This document shows positions 56,101 to 64,000 of a DNA stretch of 64,000 bases, one piece after another. A model generated the notes under the pieces. It was not told the DNA's origin. It worked only from the letters and a program-made list of their open reading frames with translations, and did not search any database. Each line of letters begins with the position of its first letter. Position 1 is the first letter of the stretch. Position numbers and translations under genes: made by a program. The DNA comes from Lingula anatina (Eukaryota > Animalia > Brachiopoda). The DNA lies in NCBI GenBank assembly GCA_051362555.1, contig JBPQGU010000016.1:2046001-2110000 (forward strand), read 5' to 3'.

Positions 56101-58402
56101 ATTTAGTTTAAATATTTTTACCGCATAAACCTTTGTGGTTTAGAGTTATTAGTTTAGTAGTAGGAATAGGATGCTTGGACAAAAAGCTTCTAGTCAACTC
56201 GTTTAGACCTAGGGTGTGATGCTGTTATCATCCGAGGAAACACCTACACTGAATCCTCAACCTGAAGTCCCCCTAGCTGAAACAAAAAATGCCCCTTGAA
56301 CCGGTCCATTTTTAAAGCGTCGAATCATTTTTGATATCATTGAGCGTCTTTAAACGAAAGCTTTTAAGTGACAAAAAACAGAACCGTGTGGTGATTATTT
56401 ATTAAAGCGTAGGTTTATTCATCATGATCTATTTTGTAAACAATACTTGCCTAGATTTTACTTGGATTGATCATCGTCACTGTTTGGCTACTCGCCTATA
56501 ATGCGTGCTGAACGACAGACAACTTATAAATATTATCTGTGTTACTTTGTATATGACCACGTTAAGTTAAAATAGAACGGTGTCGGTGATTTAATCCATC
56601 CAACATATTTATATTTCTTCTTTTAAAAACAGTGTTAGGTTAACATCAAGTCAAAGCAAGCCTTGCAGATTGATTTTGTTTAAATTTTCGTAAATTAAGT
56701 AAAGCTAAGTAAAGCCTGTTTCTAGTTCATCCACGCTATAAAACTGCATGAAGGATAACAACTCTCTATAGCCAATTAACTTTCACAATGCCCTGTGCTT
56801 TAGAGTACTATGTTATACAATAAAAATGAGTATGGCCTGAGAGAAATATAAATATGAGGCCGTGTATGAAGATGTTTCAAATAATAAAAATCAAGAATTT
56901 AAACAAGTTCGGTACATGCACATCACTTAGTAAGTCATTTCACAAAAATGGCATCTAATATTTCAGATAAACCTCCACTTTTATCGATCTCAACGCCTTG
57001 TCTGATGTTTACATGTTGGCGGTATACTCCAATATTAATTGCGAACAATATCAACAGCGACTCTAGATCGTTGCCTGTCTTTCACACTTTTACACGAACT
57101 CATGAAGCGTTAATAAAAGGATTCGCGTTGCGACATCTATCTCTTTCTTTCGGACAAGCAAATTAAGGGCTGACCCGAAGTAAGCTTTCATAACTAATTT
57201 CTCTTTGAGGGGTTCAGGGGTTTATTGTAATTACTCCACTTGGTCGCCTCCATTGTCTTGTAACAGTGACAAAGAATGTGTTTTCACACGCTAGTTTACA
57301 TAACTCCTTTACCTTGTGTCTTTATCAAGGTTATAATCAGTTTGAATAGGTTGTCTTGCCTGACTTAAAAAGGGAGTTGTTCTTCACACTGGTTGTTGCC
57401 TAACTTATGCTAACCTACTTTGTACAAATATGGTCTTAATAAATCGCCAAAATTATGACACTAGTGAACATTGTGTATCAAACGTTTTGATACGATTAAA
57501 TAAATGTGCAAGAAGGATTACGGAATGAGTTACTATTTACCTCCCCCCCCCCACGCGCCCCCCAAAAAATGCTCTTTTGATTTCGAAATGAATTTGGTTT
57601 TAACGCAAAGAAGTCCAAAACCCCTTTCACGACTCAGTCATTGTACAGCATGTTGTAATCGATATTTAAAAAAGTTAATTTTGTACCCCGCCTTTCAGTG
57701 TTTATTGTGGTGCTTGCTTTCATCGAGGACACTGCCTGTTGAGGTTACAATTACGTCGCTAGCCTATCTCCATAGGTTACTGGAATATATCTAAGTACAC
57801 GTAAAGCTTTGTAAAGTCTCTTTTGTCACACATCATAGTTATTGAATTTTGTCTTGAATGAAAAAATACCCTCAAATTATCGTTTTGTTCTTAAACATTT
57901 CATAACTTGGACCGAAGTTTGATATACAGTGTGCTGTAGCTACAATGGCATTCCTCAAGTTGGGTCTGCTGGGGGAGGGGGGCATTTAAATGATAAACGA
58001 AGAAGTCCACCTGTAAACAGCAGGGGTTTAAATGATCGCTATCTCGGTTCCTTTTTCTTTGACAGCATCATAGAAAATGTTAAGGGAGAAAGTCACACAT
58101 ACCCCCGGCGTTGTTTTGTCTTCAGCATTTCCTCCTTCTTGCTTACTGTAATTATTATCGTCAATTAATGAAACCGAGAAAGCAATTAAATGATAGCACA
58201 TTGAATATAATCACTAGGTGCATTTCGCTGAGTGTTAACAAGAGCTAGCGAAACATTTTATTTCAAAATAAATTTATATGTGATTTTACCTCTGTCGTTT
58301 GTGTTATTTCAAACAAAACGATTTCCTGAAAGACCAACTTTAAAATGTATGTCTATTCAGCAAAATAATGTAATTTAATACAACTATGAGTAATGTATTT
58401 AA

Positions 58403-61400
58403 GTGTGTGTCCACGAGAAAACCAGACCAAATGTAGAAAATGCGGCAAGGCGGGGGTGAACGGATTTACACCATATTTGGTGTGTTTGAACTTTTATATG
58501 AACAATATCTGAGGCTGCAATATTTCCTGAAAAAAATCCCTACCTACAGAGATATGGGCAGTCACAATTTGGGGGGTTAATCAACCAAAAATTCATTTGA
58601 AAAACAGGGTTATATTGATTGGCCTTACAGTTTATACAGGTGTCACTTAATGATTTAGTTTGGTGATATGTTATAACCTAAAGATAGGGGATTAAAATGA
58701 TATACACTTTTTTCACCCTCTTTGTTTCCATGGTAACAAACTAAACGTTTTTCTCAGGGCTACGAACCACATGCTTTGAACACCCCCCTTCTATTTTTGA
58801 CAATATCTTCATCTTCACAGGTCTTTGGGGTAAAGCGTGTTCAGGACTAACAGATAACTCATTAATCTATTTATACATGAAATCAAAACTTACTGCTGTT
58901 CTACAACTTGTCCGTTGTAAGAGATAGAACATGACCTAATTTCTTCATTTTTCGTAAATATATCTGGACACATATATCGGTGCACTCAACTTCAGCTATC
59001 TCTTTCAAGTCAACAAATGGTTTAAAACACTGTCAGTTGAGCTTTATATCTTCATTTTACCTATTCTAATTTTTTTCTGGTTAAAACAAGCATCTAACAC
59101 ATTTTAAAATCATGTGAAACTAATGTACTAACGACAGAACAACACAGCGTGATTATCCAACATGGCGGAAAGCGCAGACTGTTTCTTTGCAAATCTTCCT
59201 CACCGAAGTCGTATATCATGTGGTTTATACTGTGTCTACAGATATGAAAAAACATGTAGTGTATTGAAAAACTGCAACAGAGACATTAACAGTCGTCTTT
59301 GTCGCGTTTACGTGAAGCAAAACAGCGTGAGTTACGAAAGCAAACTGATTCTTGTCAGGTGTGGACTCTTTTGTCTCCGATGACCGCATTTTCAAGTATC
59401 TTTGGGAGAATGAATGGGTTACACCATGTGACCAGCATAGGGATATGGGCTTGGTTTGTGCTGGAAACCATCCACACCGGGAAAAACGAGCCTATAACGA
59501 AATATGTCATGGGATTAACTTGCAGATGTCAGTGTAGACAAAAAGCCATTTGAATATACTGGTGCCACTTGGTTCAGGTAAAATACGGGTTTGTTTGTAT
59601 TTTAATACAGGCTAAAAGCCAGAAAAAAGGTCACTCAGAAAAATGATCTAGGTGCAATTTTTTAATGGTAAACGGTCCATTTTTTTCTTTTTTCTTTTTT
59701 TTTTTTTTTAAAGAAAAATGCCCCCTTTCAAATAATGAAATTTCATGCAGCCTAAGGACCTGTGATAATCCTATCTTTTAAGATTTGTGTAGGTATTTAG
59801 GTTGGTTTAAGGGTATTTGGGTAAAATAAATTTAAGGGTAACAATTGGAATTAGATTGAAGCTAGGGCTGGTCTTGGCAAAATTGCTAGTCTCATCATAA
59901 TTTATATTCGAAACCATGTCTTACTTATAAAACATTGACACATGGGATAATAATTTATTTTTCATCAACGTATCAATTAACTTTGAGATAAGTGTTTTCA
60001 TGTGTCTATAGTAAGCTATATTTATATTTCAGGCACATTTGAGAGGTGTTATTTGACACACAGTGATCTTATGGTCAGCAAAAGAGTCCAAAGCCTTGCA
60101 GAAACTGAAACTAGTGTGGAAATGATGGATGTTGTAGAAAGGCATGTATGTAAATGAAAGCCACAATATAACAAATGCTGAGGAGATGCATGAGTCCTTA
60201 GTTTCTGCAGATGGAGTGGAGGGGTGCTCTTTTGCTGCCATTTTCTACATCCAGCTAGACAGACATTTTCCAAACCTGCGTGGACCGGAGTGTCCAATTA
60301 CAACAATTTGGCTTTCTTGATTCCTACAACATGAGAAAAGGTGTCTCTCTTCCTTGAGCAGTTTTAATATGAGTGATACTGATGTTAAAGTTAATTTGGG
60401 TTTTTCTGTGGCAAATGTACCAACTGGGACTATACCTAGAGAACTCCACCCTCTTGAATATCTCACTGAGTTACACAATGGATGAGCTTTAAAGTCATAT
60501 AAACCTTTGAAACTATATTCAAATAAAGTAAAGGAGTTTTTACTGAAGGAGTTTAGAAGGGCACAAGAAACAGGCCAGCAGAACCTAGCATTTGTGAGCA
60601 TGAAGATGAGATTGAAATGTCAGTAAGGAGGGTTACAGACTATTCAGGAAGAAAAAATCGGCAGTTATTTTTGAATGTATTATAAACTTTGATGTTATGA
60701 GCTGTAATGTTTGATATAAAACTGTTAAGATGTTTCATAACACCAGGATATATTTTGCAGTTGTGTTAGTTTTGCTTTTTGAATAGAAAATTATCTTGTT
60801 TTGCTAGACCTTACATAATGATATAGGTTGTAATGATCACAACTAATGTTGCACTGCTTTGCATGTATTGCTGTATTATAATTTTGTGATTTTTTATTAT
60901 TTGTAATTATTCATCTGAGACAAAAATAAACTAATTTAAATATTTTTTAGTTACTGTTTGCTCATAAAGAGTCACCAAAGAGTGGTGTGGATGATTAAAA
61001 AAAACTTTTGAAAATTAAAAAAAGATTTGTTCTGGCTTCGATCTCATAAATACTATAAGGCATATCCGGATCTCTAAATGATAAATATTGCACCAAAAAG
61101 AAATCTTCACTAAACTAAGATTTTAATTTGTATTCACCAAATTGATGATATATATATAATCATGTAAATTATCAAGTTAATTGCCAGTGCTTATCCAAAG
61201 TAATAGAATCTAAGATTTATTTCCTCTTAACTTTTTGTCCATACAAATGAAAAAGTCCATATATGACAATTTACAAAAATGAAACCCAATGACCTTGACC
61301 TATGACCCACTGACCTGATATTCATTAGAACACATCCACTTTCCATGCTCACCAGCCCTATTAATTTAGTAACAACATTGTAGAGCAAAATGTTTTAATA

Positions 61401-62002
61401 AATTAATCAAACCCATTGTCTACATAGACTTGAATGAATCCACCACGATTTTTTGCCTTAAAAATGGCCAACTTTGGGGGTATTTTTCAGTACCTATTTT
61501 AATACAGCAGTAACTTTTGAAACTTGATTTGGAGTGATCCATATCTGCCTAAAATATTCATGCAGTTTTATAGCTGTAAACCCTGTGAAGATGGAGATAT
61601 ATGCAATTAAAGATGGTAGTGTCAAAATTGGACTTTGGGGGGAGGGGTGTTATAAATGGGTGTGGCTCGCCCAAGCAGGGTCTTATCTGAATTCTACATA
61701 TATCTGTGGCAAGCCAAATGATTGTTTTCAATGTTTGTAAGGTCTAATATTTTTTAGTTTTCTCCATTTTTGTTTAATTTACACAAAATTTATCATAATT
61801 TTTCCAAGGTAAAAATGGAGTCTCAAAGAGGCCACATAAGCCATGACTTATAATAGGCTATAATTCTCTGAAGAAAAGATATTTTTGGGATTCCTTCCTA
61901 ACTCATGAATAACTTCCTAATATGCCTCCATACAACAAATTTGGTTGAAATCCGCTGACCCCCACCTTGCCACCCTGGGCTGGTTCTCTCGTGGACAAGC
62001 TC
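58403..62002 (+). mobile_element. Sola3-like DNA transposon, degenerate
   Basis: ttaa|gtgtgtgtccacgagaaaaccag ... ctggttctctcgtggacaagctc|ttaa: TTAA duplication, CTC 3' end and ~100-bp imperfect TIRs. Decayed protein remnants at 60100-60680 (G*ALKS...KVKEFLLKEF...ETGQ). The superfamily call is tentative. Confidence 0.55.
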
Positions 62003-62019
62003 TTAAACTGCAGCCGTAT

Positions 62020-62085
62020 ATGCGATGGCCATGTTGGATTATAATTGCATACCTTGATGCAAAACAGTCTATCGTTTCTTACACC
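62020..62085 (+). CDS. Candidate upstream coding exon of the GIMAP-Hint gene (MRWPCWIIIAYLDAKQSIVSYT)
   Basis: ATG at 62020, open frame to a phase-0 donor acc|gtgagt that is compatible with the phase-0 acceptor at 62788. No homology support, so it could be chance. Confidence 0.3.
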
Positions 62086-62787
62086 GTGAGTCCCTTTAAT
62101 TAATGTATGATATTACTCTTTACCCTTTTTATTTGACACTGTCTGTTTCTCTCCCCTTTTCCTTTCTCTTGTAAGAAGGAGGGCAAATAATTAAGCATTC
62201 AAAATATGCATCACCAATCTTCAGAAAAGAATGAGTGAATGAACCATTGGGCTGGCCCACAACGTCCGACACAGAAGAATAAATTAAATAACAGCTTTCA
62301 CAGATTTAAAACTGCAGTTAGCTGTATAGCGTCACTATATACATACTATATACAACAGCTGTTGAACAAACGGATAGTTCTCTATGGAAGACCTTTTGTT
62401 TACATAAGTACTCTAAGGGGGCTAACCAGGCGACAAGAGGATTAGGCTAGTCACTATATTCCGTCAAATTCGTTTAGCGACCCTATCATTATCACACTCC
62501 CTCTATTGTATTTTCTGACGTTATAATTGTATCTAATCTTCTTACGTTAGATGGAATAAATGCACACGTAATACATAATCTTATGACTGTACTTGTTTGT
62601 AGCTTTAAATTCTTGCTAGGACATTATCTGCATTTTCATATTGAAAAAAAAATATTATTTTAATCATCAGTAAGATTATGTCGGTTATGTCCTGACATTA
62701 GTGAGGACAGTAGTTCCAGACACTGTGTTTTTCCTTGGGTATTAACGAATTGTGAGAGATAAGTAATATTATGGGTATCTACTACAG

Positions 62788-64000
62788 GGCAAAGATGTTT
62801 ACGAAGAAATACCGCCAGCTTATGCAAAGGGGGAGCACACCAACATATTTGTCGTTGGGCAAACAGGAACTGGAAAGAGCTCTACGTGTAATATGATGGT
62901 GGACAAAGAAGGAGCTTTCAAAACAGGATTTTGCCTTAAAGGTGTTACGGACGACGTGTCATCTCACTGTGCCAACTTGGGTGGACGCAAGCTTCGCCTG
63001 ATTGATACTCCCGGTCTTTTAGAAGCAGTTTCGTATAGCCAGTTTGGATTTCTGAAGAAGATCATGACGAAAAACATTAGTTTGCTCGGCGGCGAGGAAG
63101 GTATCGACGCGTTCTTGTTTGTCATTAACTGCAACGATACGCCATCTCAAAATGAATTGAGCGTCTTAGTTAAGTTAATTTCGATGTTTTCGGAAGACAT
63201 TTTTGAATATATGGTTGTTGTGGCTACTCACAAGGACGAACTTGAGATGAGCGAAAGGACAACAGAAAGTTTCAAAAGCAGTCTTCCCGGCAAAATGAAG
63301 ACGATCCTTCAGAAGGCTGGTGGAAGGATAGTGTTTATCAACAGTGTCACCAAAGACGGGAGAGAGCGTAGACACTACGTTAATTCTATCATCCGCCGTG
63401 TTGATGAGATTGCAAGAGCTCATCTAGGTAAGAAATTTTCCAATGAAGCCATCGAAAAAGCACGCAAGAAAAGACAAGAACTAGAAAAAAAATACCCTTA
63501 CCTGAGTGAGACCGGTATACAAGAAGAATTAGAAAAGGTGATCGAGCCATATTTAACATCACAATACTGGTGTTTTGATGGCTCTTCCACTGTGCGTCTT
63601 AGCGATGGGTCAATCACACCAATGGCCAAACTAACATCCGGTGACAGGGTGCTTTGTGTTAGGGATGATGGCTCCGTTGGCTTCGAGGACATCTTCTGCT
63701 TCAGCCATGCAGATGAAAATTGTCAAACTATATATGTCCACCTGCAGACCGCAACCGGGAAACACCTTCTCCTCTCTCACGGTCATTATATCCACGCTCT
63801 CTCAAATTCTACATCATTCCCATTTTCCATTAAAGCTGCCCGTGATATCCGCGTTGGAGATGTGGTGTTCACTTATCACCCTGCCGCCAACGCCATATTT
63901 ATGGATGAAATTGCGGCAACAGGCAGTAAGAAGGTCACCGGTGCCTTTTGTCCTCACACCATGAGCGGCACCATCATCGTCAATGATATTTTGGCGTCCT
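62788..64000 (+). CDS. GIMAP/AIG1-family GTPase fused to a Hedgehog-type Hint domain (partial: 5' exon uncertain, 3' end beyond the window)
   Basis: Frame 1 is open from 62767 to the window end; likely acceptor ctacag|ggc at 62787/62788. Manual translation: NIFVVGQTGTGKSSTCN (G1), KGVT (G2), RLIDTPG (G3), GIDAFLFVI (conserved box), VVVATHKD (G4), GGRIVFINS, FSNEAIEKARKKRQELE (charged helix). Then YW-CFDGSSTVRLSDGSITPMAKLTSGDRVLCV...GKHLLLSHGHYI...AARDIRVGDVV...GAFCPHTMSGTIIVNDILAS, matching the Hint N- and C-terminal blocks of Hedgehog. Confidence 0.93.

Noticed and set aside
63641-63964. ORF-track protein MTGCFVLG..., and the minus-strand ORFs 63175-63423 and 63498-63692
   Set aside because: These are off-frame or antisense shadows of the frame-1 GIMAP-Hint exon.
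63571-64000. A true self-splicing intein or a hedgehog gene
   Set aside because: There is no terminal His-Asn motif or homing endonuclease, and the C-block is Hedgehog-type (GTIIVN..AS). The N-terminal partner is a GTPase, not a Hedge domain.

Overview
AT-rich eukaryotic DNA, probably from an invertebrate animal (inference). It is dominated by microsatellites and decayed, often nested transposons: L2/CR1-type LINE fragments, a short-LTR Gypsy element, Tc1/mariner, Ginger1-, Harbinger-, hAT-, EnSpm- and Sola3-like elements, and a ~160/715-bp tandem array. Two host genes are readable, both GIMAP/AIG1-family GTPases, arranged divergently about 25 kb apart. One is a spliced minus-strand GIMAP (38046-37356). 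The other is a plus-strand exon (62788 to beyond 64000) that the ORF track misses because it runs off the window. It encodes a GIMAP GTPase, a charged helical linker and an in-frame Hedgehog-type Hint autoprocessing domain (W|CF...SHGH...GTIIVNDILAS). This GIMAP-Hint fusion is the most interesting feature. Several collinear non-coding blocks are duplicated across the window, consistent with a GIMAP cluster turning over by duplication and loss. All translations and alignments were done by eye.
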